From Hydrolagus colliei (lineage: Eukaryota): a DNA stretch of 64,000 bases. A program made the translations under genes and the position numbers. This document shows, in pieces, positions 11,685 to 24,905 of the stretch (within the stretch, counting starts at the first letter, position 1; every line of letters begins with the position of its first letter). The stretch lies in the NCBI GenBank assembly GCA_035084275.1, contig CM068755.1, positions 9,982,001 to 10,046,000 on the forward strand. Direction: 5' to 3'. Under the pieces are notes generated by a model. That model searched no databases. It saw nothing but the letters and a program-made list of their open reading frames with translations, and was not told the origin of the DNA.

Positions 11685-14071
11685 GCAATGAAAACTTTGC
11701 ACTAATGTAAATCCTTTTAATGCTCTAGCTTTAGCCATATTTGACTTTCCAACAGTAAGAAGCATCCATTTAGTTTACATAAACCTAATGTCTTAACTCT
11801 GCAGTCGTTTCTGATGAGTAGTGTAGTGCAGTAACTGAAAGAGCCTGAATTGACTGCAAATCCCAGATTCCCACGCTGTATAAAACCTGCATTGCTATCT
11901 GACTATCTGGCATCAAACAGCAACCTTCTTAGAAGCATGAGTTAACTCTGAACATGGAGGTCCTGTTTGGGATAATCAGGGTTATTAGCTGTTTCTTAAT
12001 GAAATAATTGGGTTGAAGTTGGCTTCCTGGTTCAAATCACTGTGTGTTGTTTTGTTGTGTGGATCATGCCTCTGATTTCTGATATGATCAATTTACATAA
12101 TACTGGATTAAAAATTACTGGGTTATTATTAAGACCAAAATGTTTAACGTTTTGAAATCACAGTCTGGGTTAACCCTACCCCCAGTGAATCTTTAAATGT
12201 AATTTGTGCAATTTATTTCCCAACAAGGCATCTTAACTTCCCTTGAACTTGCCATCCCAACTGATCCCATGTTACCACCCTGTCCACAGTGCTGAAATCA
12301 GCAAACAAGGAGTTTGCTGATTTTACAAGCACACATTTCACCTACCATCTGATGGAAAGAATAGCGAAACCATCCTCAAGTTTGAGTGACTTGAATGGGT
12401 TTTGCTAGATGAAAGAAAACATAGAATTGTGCTGAATTGGCCTCAGTGCCTTTGCATGGCAGCAGGATTTTGCCTCTTGTCAGTGAGTTGGAGTCAGAAT
12501 GTATTCCTTTGTTTCAAATTAAATCAAAATAGTTGATAAATAGCTGAAGGTTAAGGATGGAAGATTTATCAGGTCAGAACTACAGATTTGCTCTTTGCTT
12601 ATTTTCCCAGTTTCAGGCTGTATTTGTACAGAGCTGACTTGTTTCCTGGGCAGCAAAGGTTTGAAGAGATTGAAAAAACAAGGGTGTGAAGTTGCTTCTT
12701 TCAATATTCTGTAGAATTGGAGCAAAACACAGACATGAGAATAAGATCACAAGTGCCTGGTAAGAAGCACGTTGCTTTTCTAACTGTTCCACAAGAAACC
12801 CGAGGACAGTGAGATTTGAAGGGGACGATATTCCTCCAGGGTTTTGTGTCAGGGAAGTGAGTTCTCGCAAGCTATGTCGCCAAAGAGCTGTCACACCTGC
12901 CTTAATTATGATTAATAACACACCTGCAAAGCTTAGTCTTGCTGAGTTTGGTCGAACTTCCATGTCTGTTGCTAAATATTATCACAGCAGCATCTGCTGT
13001 TGTAATGTTTGATCTTGAAATGAGACATTTCATTCAGGAACTCTTGCTAACCGAGAAATGTGTACTGCGTGTCTCGGTGGCACTGTTTTTCCAATAGGAA
13101 ACAGTATGACCTTCTCTCTTCTTTCCCTTTCTCCCCACTCCCTTTGTTTCCCTCGTTAGTCTATTTCCTTTGCTTAGAAGGTAACAAAGAGAACAGCTTA
13201 TTCAGTCTAGCTGATACGTTTTGAATCCAGTGCTAAAATTATCTCTTCAACTTTGATACCATTAAGATATTTTTTCATCCTCTGCGTGGGATGTTCAGGA
13301 CGTAACTGATTGTGTGCAATTAGGCCAGAAGCCTGTCTCTACCTCAGCAGCAATAGCTCCAACATGTGACTTCTGGTTCCACTGTATGATTTTTATTCTG
13401 TTTCCTTCTAATCTTTGTTTCTGTCGAATGTTTTCTTCTTCCAAAAGAAGCAGCAGGAAAATTCAATTTGGATGTTTCATCCATTCATGAGAGATTGCTG
13501 AAGGGTACTGAGCTCCTCTGGAGAGTAGCATCTGTTAGCTGTGCCATGGTTTGTTCACACAAAAAGGATTGGATAGGGCACAGAAGCCTACAGCAGTTTT
13601 GTCTTTGCAAATGTGAAGCATCTCAAATAGAAACTGATGAATGTGTGATTGCTCAGTCCAAGAGAGTCAGGGCGGGCAGAGTGTGAGGGAGCGGGTGGGT
13701 GGGAAGAGACTGAGAGGTGATCACATTATGTATGTGCTCACCAATGACATCCACATGGCCAGTAGCACTCAGGAGTCCCATGTGTTTTGTAGTGTTGGCA
13801 GTGTCTATCTGTACAACATGCAGGGAAATGTCCAGGCACAGGTGTCTAGCCGTGCTACTATCAAGAGATTGCCACCTTATTCCAACACTCTGACCAGTGC
13901 AATCGGCCCAATTGTAATACAGATGATATTTGATACCTTCCTCGGCCCAGAACTGCAGGAGAAATGATAGCAAGTTAAACCTTCATAAGTTACTGAATGA
14001 AGTATAGCTGAGTGACCGGCAACAGAAGTAGCATCTGTTCACCATTCTCTGTGCATTTAACTCGGTAACTG

Positions 14072-14167
14072 AGCCCTAGACTTTATGAGTTCAAAGTCCC
14101 AACATCAGGCTTGAACACACATACTTCTGACTCCGAGGCAAGAGTTCTACCAAATGCACCAGGCTGA
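14072..14167 (-). mobile_element. Deu-SINE head fragment
   Basis: Minus tcagcctgg...ttggtagaactcttgcctcggagtcagaag...gtgttcaag matches the other Deu-SINE heads. Confidence 0.65.
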
Positions 14168-15805
14168 TCACACAAACTTTGAATAACTGGGCCAAATAAC
14201 AGCAACTTTCAAAGTCGGGTAGACAGATTGCATTACAACCAATTTATGTTCATTCTTTTAAAGTGTGGGTTCCCACATGAAATGAGAGAGAAATGTTGTG
14301 CTGGATAAAATTTGTAGTGGAGATGAGATGAATTTCTAAAGTTTAGATAGTGTCTGTTCCTCCACACTTCAATCAATTTCTATAACAGTGGCTATTTTTG
14401 TCCAGTAGGTATAGTAAAGGGGGGAGGAAAAATCTAATGCTGTGTTTGATTCCATATTTTAGATTTGTAACTATTGGCTGATAAAAGGCCAGTCTGTTTT
14501 TTTTTTTTCCTTTGAATGTTAAATAGTCTATTGTAAGCTTCTCCAAAGCTAGCTTTATTTCTTGCTCCAGATTGTTATAAATGCTATTTATGATCCTGCT
14601 ATGACAACTGTGAAGGGCATGGCAAAGAATTTATCACAGGATTATTCGTCCACCATCTGAATACATAACAAGATTCTAAATGACCCCAGATAATAATGCA
14701 GAGCAGTAGCTTGTAGCAAGAAAGGTATTAATAAAAGACTCTTCGAGTGAAGTACTTGTTAATGTGTGTCACTCAAGGCAGCCAGGGTACAAAAACAATG
14801 TGAAGAATATGATCAGGTTTCTTTGCACTGAATTCGGCACAGGATTCATGTAGTAGCTTCATGAAGGGTATGATCCCGGGGTTAATGATGGCTTCAGACC
14901 CTTAAGAAAAAAAGGAAAACATAGTCACAGCATTTGCTAGCTGGAGGTTGGTACGTCTGAATCCAGAACGCAGTTTACTAAACCACAAGCACTTCTTATA
15001 AGGATTAGAACCTTTCAAAAAATCTGAGAAAAATTTCCCATTTATCTGCTCCTTTTGGGTGTACCAGCATCTCCAATGTTACCCGAGCAGGAACAGGACA
15101 GAGCTTTAATGATCTCTTTGCTTTCTTCAAAATGCCAAAAGGCTTGCTCGAGCATTTCCTTTAGATGTTTGGGTGTTCCCAAAAGAGGAAGCATATTAAT
15201 ACTTAAACTTCTGAAAATGTTGCAGGCCCGACCATTGGGTTTGCGTGAAGGTTCATGTGGAGGGAGCAATAAACTTTCCATATCTGTCTAGTCTCTCTCT
15301 CTGTTTGTCTCTCTGTCTGTGTGTTTCGGGAGAAGTGGAAACACTCAATCAATCTGCCAATGAACAAAGATATTCTCGTATTGATCATATATTTTTGTGT
15401 TGATGCGATTCCCCCCCATCCCCCCAAAACCCCCAAGGAGTAAGATTTTGGAATATCGGAATCTTGGATATGTTGGAATTTTGTGTCAATCCCAACGCTT
15501 TCAAATTGGCTGGAGATTGTCTAGGTTTGATGTTTAACATTTGAGTGTTTCTATGACCAGTGGGGGTTTTTTTGCAGGAAGGAGGAAGGAATGAAATAGT
15601 ATGGTTTTTGACGGTGAAGTATACAGATTGTTTCTAAATGTATGAACTTTAAACAATAGTTTGCCCACAAAATACATAGTAATGTATTTTCAAAGTACAG
15701 GAAATGTACTGTATTAAAATACAGGAAATGTATTTTAATTTTCATTGCTGTTGAATGCCTTTTGCTTATAATACTTTTACAAATGGAAAATGATGCACCA
15801 ATCAA

Positions 15806-15925
15806 ATAATGATCCTCATATTTTGCCCTATCACATCGACAGCTCAAAGCGCTTCACAGGGTTTCACTCTGGAGGGAAGTGACTGTATTTGTAGGTGAAT
15901 GTGGCAGCTTATTTGCGCAGATCAA
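15806..15925 (-). mobile_element. SINE 3' fragment
   Basis: ctcaaagcgcttcacagg...gtgactgtattt...gaatgtggcagc matches the reverse-complemented SINE tail. Confidence 0.65.
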
Positions 15926-16607
15926 GAGACATGTTAAAAAGAATGGAGGAGTGGATGCTTCAAATGTTAAACAAATTCTAGGGATTTAGTGAAGGTGTGC
16001 GGCCAGTAGAATAGAGGTTGGCATTGGGTCAGTTGTTATCTACGTTTGTGTTGAGGGGGGAACCTTGTGACAGGTTATGGCATAAACTGCTTCTATATAT
16101 GTGGATATGCAAAGTGTCTAACTCCATTGTCTATAGCGCTGCTAACAATTCGCACAAATTTCCTTTCTTACATGTTATGTCTCCTCTGGTTGCTCCTTGT
16201 CCTGCAAACAGGAGGCAAACCTGTTCTGCAGGGAGTTGCTTTTCTATTGTATGGAGGATGATGAATTCCTCTGTCCTAACTCATGACCTGGTGATTCTGA
16301 GAGGTCCCACGAAACTCAGAAGCACTTTAATTAAACGTCTGACATCTAAAAATTGCCTAGTCAGCCTGTTATCATTTCAGCTTCAACTTCAACACTGCAA
16401 ACTAGCTTCAAAGCTGCTCACAAAATGTTATCGATCTATTGCTTTTTTTAAAAAAAATCGATATTAGCAGTTCATGTTGGTTGATAAAGCAAACCTAGAC
16501 CAAGGCAATGTAATCTCACGCCACAATGTAATCTTAGGGTTCAATGCAAGTTTAGTGTTCAGGTACCTACAAACGATTTAAGATTGTTATTCATGTTTCT
16601 TCATCAT

Positions 16608-16836
16608 AATAATAATAAAAAATCTTTGCATTTGATATAGCAACTTTCACCTCAGCAGGACATTTCAAACTCATGCATAATATAAGTGTAGTGAGTGTGT
16701 ACTTTGTAGGTGAGCGCAACAGTCACTTTGCATAGAGTGACTGTTTCACATACACCCATGAAATATGTATGACCAATTTTATCTGGAGCATTCTTGGCCC
16801 AGGCCATCAGGAGAAATGCTCTTCACTTTTTCAAAC
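16608..16836 (-). mobile_element. Deu-SINE 3' half
   Basis: Tail ctttgcatttgatatagc, atgaccaatt, ttggcccagg...ggagaa...tttttcaaa. Confidence 0.65.
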
Positions 16837-18084
16837 GTTAAGTGTGACGCAAACTTCCAATCAATACAAAATAATTTTTTAAACATTTGGTGACTTTTCC
16901 CATTTTTGGAAACCCAAGCATCTGGTGGATGTCATAAATGGTGAGAAATTATTGATACAGAAATCTACATTTTAGCCGACAAATCTCAGCGGCTCAACCC
17001 ATTTTCTGTGCAACGCAATTATGATATGGAAGTATTCATTAAACATAAGGTTGGGGAAAAAAAAACTTAAAAATGAACGATTTGGGACATACTCATGAAC
17101 TGAACAGGAAAAGGAAAGTGAGCAGCATCTTATTAATTGACTGACACTTTTTTTTTAATTACTTTCTACATTGCAGAGATCTCTTTTCTATGTGGGAATC
17201 AAACACAGATTTATTTCCCCACCTTTTGGAGATCTCTTTATCACTTGGCGCATTAATTGTAATAGAATTTATTAAACAAATGAGCTGTGAATACCTGGAT
17301 CTCTCCAGCTGACCTACATTGTACTGGTTTAATTAGACTGATCCAGATTTGTATCAGCTCTCCTTAAAGTACAACTTTCCTGTGCAGAATTATTCAGATC
17401 CCTAGGCAGACTTCAAATGATTCAAATTGCTTCCTGTAGTAGTCACAAATCCAATCAAATGGGAGTATGATGAAACTATCTGATTCTGCTCCTCTGTACA
17501 TTCATTACATAATACCAGCTCTTTTCTGCCTTTTTTTTGACAAGCTGCATTAAAAAGATTCTTTGAAGTAGATTTTGCCCATGATAATACTTTTTTGGGC
17601 TAATTTTAATGAGTTGAGGTTCTAATTTACCTTGTATTAAGCTTACATTAAAATTGGTTACTAGATTGCTATTGTTGATTAAAGGCTTCATGAACTGAAG
17701 ACTACTTGGCAAATCTTGTTGGTTAGATTTTTGAGAATACTCAAAAGGGTACATAACCTTTTGCCATCACCTAATATGTCACTCCAGGCATGAAGGCTCC
17801 TTTAGATCATCTTAATGTCAGTTTGCATCTAAAAGTACTAGTACTCTATGCTTTCTACCAACTAATCCAGGTCAATATATTGCCATCTATGTCATGGGCC
17901 TGAAACGGATGCAATGGACTTAAGCAGAATTACCAAATACCTTCTTGAAATCTGGTTACTTACCACATATTACACCCATCGCCTCAACTCTAGTAGATTT
18001 AAACTTCTTCAAAGAGAACCAATACATTTATCAAAAATCAACTTCCCATTTCTGAATTTCAACCAGATTGTTTCTGAATAACAA

Positions 18085-18315
18085 GACCATACGGTTTGTT
18101 TGGATGAAGAAGGACCTATGCCCTATTTATTCTCATTCCTCCAGCACTATCACCTTCCCAACATAGCATTTTTTTTTTAATGAGTCCAATGCCATTGTTC
18201 CTGGCGGTCCAGTTCTGGTCATTAGCTATCCTCTGGATAAAGAAATATTTCTTGTTATCTGTCTTGAAATTGATATTTGCAAACCTAAGCCAATGTTCTC
18301 TTGTTCTACCATCTT
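18085..18315 (-). mobile_element. CR1 LINE 3' end remnant
   Basis: Translates RTREHWLRF...FKTDNKKYFFIQRIAN (CR1 ORF2 C-terminal RTRGH...FF.QRV.N motif); 3'UTR ggatgaagaaggacc is shared with the 28.1 and 29.0 kb copies. Confidence 0.75.
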
Positions 18316-18758
18316 GGTGCCGCCTATAGTATTTTTCGTCACTCACCTTGAAAACTATAATCTGCCACCCTCTGGCATTTCTCTCCCATATTGGTAGATT
18401 TGTATGCACACTGTCTCACCCAGTAAGGTACGCTCTTCAAGGGCCCGCATACTCAACATACACTCTTTGGCAGTAACGAATAACAGTGCATTCTCCCCAA
18501 AGTCAGGTATGAATTATAATGATTTGCATAAAAATTCTCAGCTCACTCTGTCACAGTTATAGCACACCGCGGACAGATAAAAGGCTCACCACCAACTCGA
18601 GCCATGACTAAATATGCCGCAGACACTGTGGGAAAATATTCGCCCGCTAGCAATTATCGAGTGATTCTCCAGAGAATACGATGCACTCGCCCACCAAGAT
18701 TAGTAAATTTACCAACAAACTGAGAGTTGCTCCTTTAATGTTGTAATTGGTGTTTTCA

Positions 18759-18783
18759 GTGTGTGTGTGTGTGTGTGTGTGTG
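18759..18783. repeat. (GT)n microsatellite
   Basis: Perfect dinucleotide run. Confidence 0.9.
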
Positions 18784-20370
18784 GTATTCAATATCAGCCA
18801 TGGCAGCGTTAGCAAGCATTCCATCATTTTCCCAATGGGGAAAATTACTTGTGATGCTCTCCTTAGAGTCTTGCTCTCACCTCTTGTGTATCCCACTCCT
18901 AGTCTGAAAAGATTGTCAGCGGAGAAGTAAAAATAAATTTCCGTGCCATTGAATCCTTGTTGGGTTTGGCAGAGCCCAGACCTCCCTTAGTGTCATCTTG
19001 GAGCTGAATGCATGGGTAAGTTGGCACTGCTGTTAGACCACAGGATCACTGTTTTAATTGGATAAATTCTCCCTTTCCAATTTCATTCTCCTGATGTAGG
19101 AAATTTCTAGCTTGTGGTGGGTGGACATGTTGAAGCAGGCAACTCTGGTTTGATTTTTCCAAGTGTCGCTTTGCAGGTCTGTAAATTGTCATACATCTGG
19201 ACCTTACCCCCAGCGTGTTTACAAATAGAAACCCATATTAGAAATAAAGTGAGCATTTAATGTAATTCCCTTTAGTGGCCTTCAGGTGCCTTGATTTGAA
19301 GGTATCTGATTTGCAAGTTAAATAATTCAATGTGTCTATATTTTAATCTTCCCAAGTGTTCTGCATAATTGCTATTAAATAAAATTTAAATATATTTGAT
19401 CATGCCATTTAAGAGGAGCATTTTGTTTTTTGCTTTAATAGGATTAATGGATTTTGATATGTTCAGTAAAAATAGGACTATTAGACGTGTCTGCACCATA
19501 TTGAAGCTTTATTCCTGGCTACTTGAGCCTACCAGAAAGCAACTCTTCCTTTATTCTATGTGAGATTATTCCTTAATAGTTTAACATCCATAACAGGCCA
19601 AAGCACTCTGACCTTGATAAACTAACTAAGCAGGAACAGGCAATGATGTGTACAAGGTTAGCGGCCACCAGACAAATGATGATAAAATGTATCTCAGCGC
19701 TGAAAAAATAGCTGTATGTCTTGTGTGACATATTGTACCACTTCCAGCGTTTGAATCAAAGAGCAATTTATTTTGAATCTGCATTAAACTATGTTTTATT
19801 GTTATAATAAACCGAGTGCCACAGAGGAAGGGGAATTTTATAGTGTCCAATCTTGAAGTTGTTACATTATCTTCACAGCTCAGAAATCATGGTATTCAAA
19901 TTCATCCTTATAATAACTGTCATTAAAATAATGAAATAAATCTGAAAAGTGCAGTGATAAAACCGTGTTATGAAAATTTGCAGTTTGTGATCCAGCTGTC
20001 ATTCATTATTGATAACCATCAATGAAATGGAGAGACATTAGTCAATAGTGCAGACAGTGAACAGATCAATTTGGATACTAAAGCTGTACAATTTGGAAGA
20101 TGTTGATAATATATTTTTGGAGTGCTAGGAATTAAATTATAGATGTATAATCAGACTTTGCTTTCTTTATGATGATGATTTCTAATGAGGGAGAAGTGGG
20201 GTCTCTTGGGTAGGTATCAGTAGTGAGGGAGGAGTGAAGTATGTGTGAGTGTGAGGAAGGACAGGGTACTTGTGCATCATGAGTGATGGAGGCGAAGTGT
20301 AATGTAATGGAGGTAGGAGTAGTAGGATATGTAAGGTATGCTAATGTCAAAAGTGCAGTATTAATCATGA

Positions 20371-20496
20371 TAATAATAATTAATAATTATTGAATTGATA
20401 GAGCATCTTTCACATCAGGAGGAAGTCTCAAACTACTCAGGATTTACTGTAAAATGTGGTGACTGCGTATTTTATAGGAGAATGCAGCAGCCAATT
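20371..20496 (-). mobile_element. SINE 3' fragment
   Basis: (TAA)n, tttcacatcaggaggaagtctcaaa, gtgactgcgtatttt...gcagccaatt. Confidence 0.7.
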
Positions 20497-20499
20497 AGT

Positions 20500-20804
20500 G
20501 ATGGGGGAGCACTGTATCATTGAAGGTGTCACCTTTGAGGTAAGGGGCTGACCCTATCTGTTCAGGTGGACACTCAGGATCCTCCGGCACAATTAGAAAG
20601 GGTGTGTCCTGCCCATCAATCTCCCAGTTACAATTGAGCATTCACTTCAATAGTTGTTTGTGGACAAATTCTTGTGCGCAAATTGGTTGCCACGTTCACC
20701 CGCAAAAATACAGTCACTACATTTAACAGTAAAATCTCAGGAAGCCCTTTGAGACAGCTTGACAACGTGATGAGGCTCTTTTGTCAAATTAAAGAATTAT
20801 TACT
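20500..20804 (+). mobile_element. Deu-SINE lacking head
   Basis: ggagcactg...gaaggtgtcaccttt...tctgttcaggtggac...ggatcc...gtgtcctg...ttgtgcgcaaattggttgccacgtt...tail. Confidence 0.75.
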
Positions 20805-22430
20805 ATAATAATTCATGCTGCAGTGAAGAACTGTCATGGAAGACATTGTCTTGCATTATTTTCACTTACCAATAACTGCCAGCAATGTAGCCCGCTTATT
20901 AATATACATATATATATTTTAAAACAATCTGGATTTGGAGACAGCTTTTGAACTTCTACGGCCCAGAACTAACAGATTGTCCCATCAGCTCTCCTTAGTT
21001 AATTGAAACTGACCTGAGCTAGAGGCTGGGAAGCAATGCTCTGTGTAGGTAATTGTGTATCCGTGCTTGGAGCTCTGCCTATCCCCTATGCGAGTCAGAC
21101 ACATGAAATAATGCCTAAACTTGACCCATAGAGTAAAGCCATTATTTACTGAGACGTAGCTTAATGCTGGGTAGTTGGCAAGATCATTCTACCTGCTCTA
21201 TTATGGACAGCGCACAGCTGAAGGCAGGACTCCTAACACAGCACCTTCAGTCCTTTCCCCCTGCACTTGGAAAGGTTTTGATCAGTTGTGATGAATGCAG
21301 ATCACTGATAGGGTTAATTTCACACTGTCTAATAACCCGCACATTCTGCTCACATTAGACAGCCTCAAGCATCTTCGGAGACATAATGAATTGCCCCTAA
21401 ATTCAGATTTCCATCTGAGCACTGATTGGTGCTTAAGGAACATGGAGATGGATACTGGGATGACACTGCTGTAATGCAGGCAGGTTGTGGACCTCAGACA
21501 CTGTCTCTCTTGGACCCTCTCTTGGCTGAGTGGATTCCACTAAAATGGAATTGTGCACCCTGCTGTACTCTGTTCACATGATTGCTTTAACCGTTTGGCT
21601 ACACCAGCAAACTTTCCATTTCACTGGATGTCCTGCGAGGAGCTGAAGGCGGAGGATTAATCACTGGTGCTGCTACATTGCACTTTAGCTATGGGCAAGT
21701 GTTAGAAAGGACGCAGCAAGTTAGAGCCCTACAGTCTCCATTATCTGAAACAATTACAAGGTTGATTCATAAGAAATGACAGAATGTGACTTTTTAAATA
21801 GAGATTTGAACTACAGTACTCGTTCCATATTTATCATTGCTGCTCTTCTGGTGACATGTTTTAATAAAAGCTTTCCTATTGTACATATTAATATTATGAG
21901 TAGATGAATTATTATGTGCGCAGCCAACGTGCTTGAAATGTTTGGTTCTGGGGGGAGGTGTGGGGCTGGGGGTGGGTGGGGGGGTGGGGTGTTGTTGGTG
22001 GTAATTTAACATTCAAATAACACACTGAAAAGTAAAATAATTGACATTTTAGACGGTATCAATTTGAAATCCCTCCAGGGCACCTGTTATTTTGAATAGC
22101 ACACACTCTTATGGCATGGAGTTGTTTTTCCATTCACTTGCAGAGAAATTGAACTACCTGTACTGTTCATCTCAGTGAGATATGGTGACATTGACACTGA
22201 AGCATTAACAATTGTCACGGCAATTCGGTGAGCTTACAGAAATAATTTATGTGGAAATCATGGGGGAGAAGGTCCACCTGGCTCTAAATTTACTCTGTTT
22301 ATGTAGCACATTAGAGAATGCCGAACCTTTTAAATTGTTGAATTGTTCAAGCCGTGTTTCTTTTCTCTAGCTCGTTAAAAGAACTTACACGAAACAGTCT
22401 TCAAAGTTAAGGCTGTATTGTAATGATTCA

Positions 22431-22545
22431 ATAACAATACTGATAATTCTTGCACTTGATATAGCGCCTTGTCGTTGAGATGTCTCAATGTGCTTCACGG
22501 AATATACTGTAAAGTGGATTGACTGTGTATTTTGTGGGTAAAACA
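22431..22545 (-). mobile_element. SINE 3' fragment (family B)
   Basis: ttcttgcacttgatatagcgcctt...gagatgtctcaa...aatatactgtaaagtggattgactgtgtattttgtggg, nearly as at 5210-5305. Confidence 0.85.
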
Positions 22546-22876
22546 TTTTACAGACAGAAAGATTTATCAAATTCTGCTTGGCCAGAAATGCTAAGTACTG
22601 AAAATGGAATAAGTCTAGACGCAGGTGGAATTTCTCAGTACGTATTCAAGGAGGTATCATTATACAGAAATGTGCAGGAATATACAACAATCGCTTCTGA
22701 CTGGGATTAGCTGGCCTATTCCTGGCCTTATTACTAGCTCCCAATTAGTTCCAGTTCTTTTTCTCTTGTAATAACTTCCATGGAGTAAGGCAGATTGTTC
22801 GCTTATCTGTATAGGTCTGGCACCTCTCTCTTAACTATCCACCAGGAGAAAATGTATCTCCCTTCAATGCCTTTTG

Positions 22877-23105
22877 GAACAGGAATAGGAGGAGGCCATT
22901 TTGCCCACTGAGCCTATTTCTCCAGTTTATTAGATGACAGCAAATCTTTTAATCTCTTTACTCCATGCTCCTTAACACCTTTACTTCCCAAACTTCTATG
23001 CATCTATCTTCCCCTTAAATATCATGATCAATTCTGCTTGTAAGGGCTTTTGGGAAGAGCACATTCTGCTTTCTGCATTTTCACATTTCTCCAGGTGCAG
23101 AAAAG
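22877..23105 (-). mobile_element. Degraded CR1 3' remnant
   Basis: gaacaggaataggaggaggccattttgcccactgagcct resembles the reverse complement of a CR1 3'UTR terminus. Confidence 0.55.
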
Positions 23106-23842
23106 GAGCTTCATCTGGCAGTCGAGTTGGAACAGCCAAATATCCTAGTGGGAGGAGAGCAGATTAAAGTGATGTGCGACCTACTTTGCGGCCAGATGGA
23201 TGGAAAATCGGCGGTATTACCACGAGGTTCATCTACGACCCATTTGATTTCCGTGCTGCTCGAGGAGAGAGATGAATGGGGAATATTTTCTGTGGAGCAA
23301 AGGAGAGCGGTTTTGAAGTGTGGGATGGAATAATATTGTGGAGTCTTTGCTTGATGGACCTTGGGATCCAGGGAGCGCTAACTTTAAGGCTGGATATAGT
23401 GGGGCTAAGACGAAAGTCTGGCGGATGCTCTTTTATGGCACCTTAAGTGTTATTGGCCTAGCAGGATTTGCCAACTCTGCCTATTACTCATCAATTACTG
23501 CTTTTTCAAGGCACCAATTAAGGCTGCAGTGCTCAGAGCTGGTTAAAAATTTCCCTCAGCTGATTTCAATGGGACGAAATATTAGCCAATATGTCAGCGC
23601 ATAATTCACTGCCTATTGCTGTTTTTTTTCTGCTACACTTTATGGCTCCTAAACATTGCGACAAAAACATTTTTTTTAAACCGCAGAATTTCATGACCAA
23701 GGTTTCACAACATAATATCACATTCGCCAGTATTAAGGAAGTGACTACCGGTAATCCTATTTCAGAAGGTGGGCAATTGAGATCTTAACTTTTTTTTCAG
23801 ATTCATGTTGATGTGTTCTGCTTTGGTGTGTGCACTGCAAAT

Positions 23843-23985
23843 AAAATCCTTGCATTTTATATAGTGCCTTATCATGTCAAGTCTCAAAGCGTTTAGCAGG
23901 ATTATACTGTGAAGTGTAATGATTGTGTATTTGGTGGGTGAACAAAGCAGCCAATTTACCCACAGCTATGTTCTACAACAACCAT
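23843..23985 (-). mobile_element. SINE 3' fragment
   Basis: atccttgcattttatatagtgccttatca...gtctcaaagcg...tatactgtgaagtg...gcagccaattt. Confidence 0.8.
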
Positions 23986-24089
23986 GAAGGTTATTGCTGT
24001 CTGGAACCCCTCGAATGAATTTGTTTTAAAACTTCTTGCTTATCATGCCTGTGCTAGCTCTCTGAGAGAACTGTCCATTTAGTCCCATT

Positions 24090-24410
24090 CTCCTGTCTCC
24101 GGCCTGTTCCATATCCCCCCACCCACCCGCCCACACCATTGGCGGCCGAGCCTTCAGCCATTCTGCCCTTAATGTCTGGAATTTCATCCTGCAGTCCCTC
24201 AGCATCATCCCCTCCCTAGCCTCCTTCATGTCCCGCCTCAAAAACCTCCTCTTTGACTGCCCTAATGGTCACCCTAAATCTCCTCCTTTCCCTCCACTCT
24301 CCCCAATCCCGACCCCAGCTCAGGTCTGAATCATTGACTGTCCAGTACCTTGGGACATCCTCCCGACGTGGAAGGCACTACACAAATGTAATTTTTGTTA
24401 TTGTTGTTGT
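24090..24410 (+). mobile_element. L2 3' fragment
   Basis: accattggcggccgagccttcagc (TIGGRAFS), cgcctcaaaa, stem-loop ccttgggacatcctcccgacgtggaaggc, TTG tail. Confidence 0.9.
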
Positions 24411-24667
24411 ATCCCCATTACCCTTTTATATGGCTCATTCTTCTTATAAGTTAATTTGTCAGTAAGTTATTATAAGTTAATAAGTTCTGTCTACTTCAAC
24501 CATAGCAAACCTCTGTGCACGTGAAACAATTTTCCTCACCTCTCTCTTTGCTCTTTTGGTAATGACTTTAAATCGATGTCGTCTGGTTACTGACTCACCG
24601 TATCTTGTTCCCATTCCATAATTCTTTCTGTTCACAGAAGTGTGCTTATCGAAGAAACAACCCTCTC

Positions 24668-24905
24668 ATTTTGATAGCTCCTTATCACATCGAAGCGTCC
24701 CAAAGAGCTTCACAAGTAAGCGCTATCAAGTGTAGTGACTGTTTCTTGCAGATAATCCCAGCAGTCAATTGTATGCATCAAAATCCGCCACAAATAGACA
24801 TGAGGTGAATCATAATTAATCTAGAGGACTGCTGGCCAGGACTCTGGGAAAAACTCCCTTCTGTTTTTGAATAGCGCCATGGGATCTTTAACCTCATGAA
24901 CAGAC
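24668..24905 (-). mobile_element. Deu-SINE 3' half
   Basis: tggccaggactctggg-aaaactccc...ttgaatagcgccatgggatcttta is the reverse complement of the Deu domain; tail at 24668-24715. Confidence 0.8.

Noticed and set aside
15042-15291. Protein-looking ORFs on both strands
   Set aside because: No recognisable family and no convincing splice signals. BLASTX or RNA-seq would be needed.
16018-16467. 149 aa ORF
   Set aside because: TTG start, no domain, composition like non-coding DNA.
17476-17754. 92 aa minus-strand ORF as a possible exon
   Set aside because: No homology I recognise and no pyrimidine-rich acceptor.
23170-23620. CpG-elevated patch (also 18480-18720) as a possible DNA transposon or MITE
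   Set aside because: I could not identify terminal inverted repeats or target duplications by eye.
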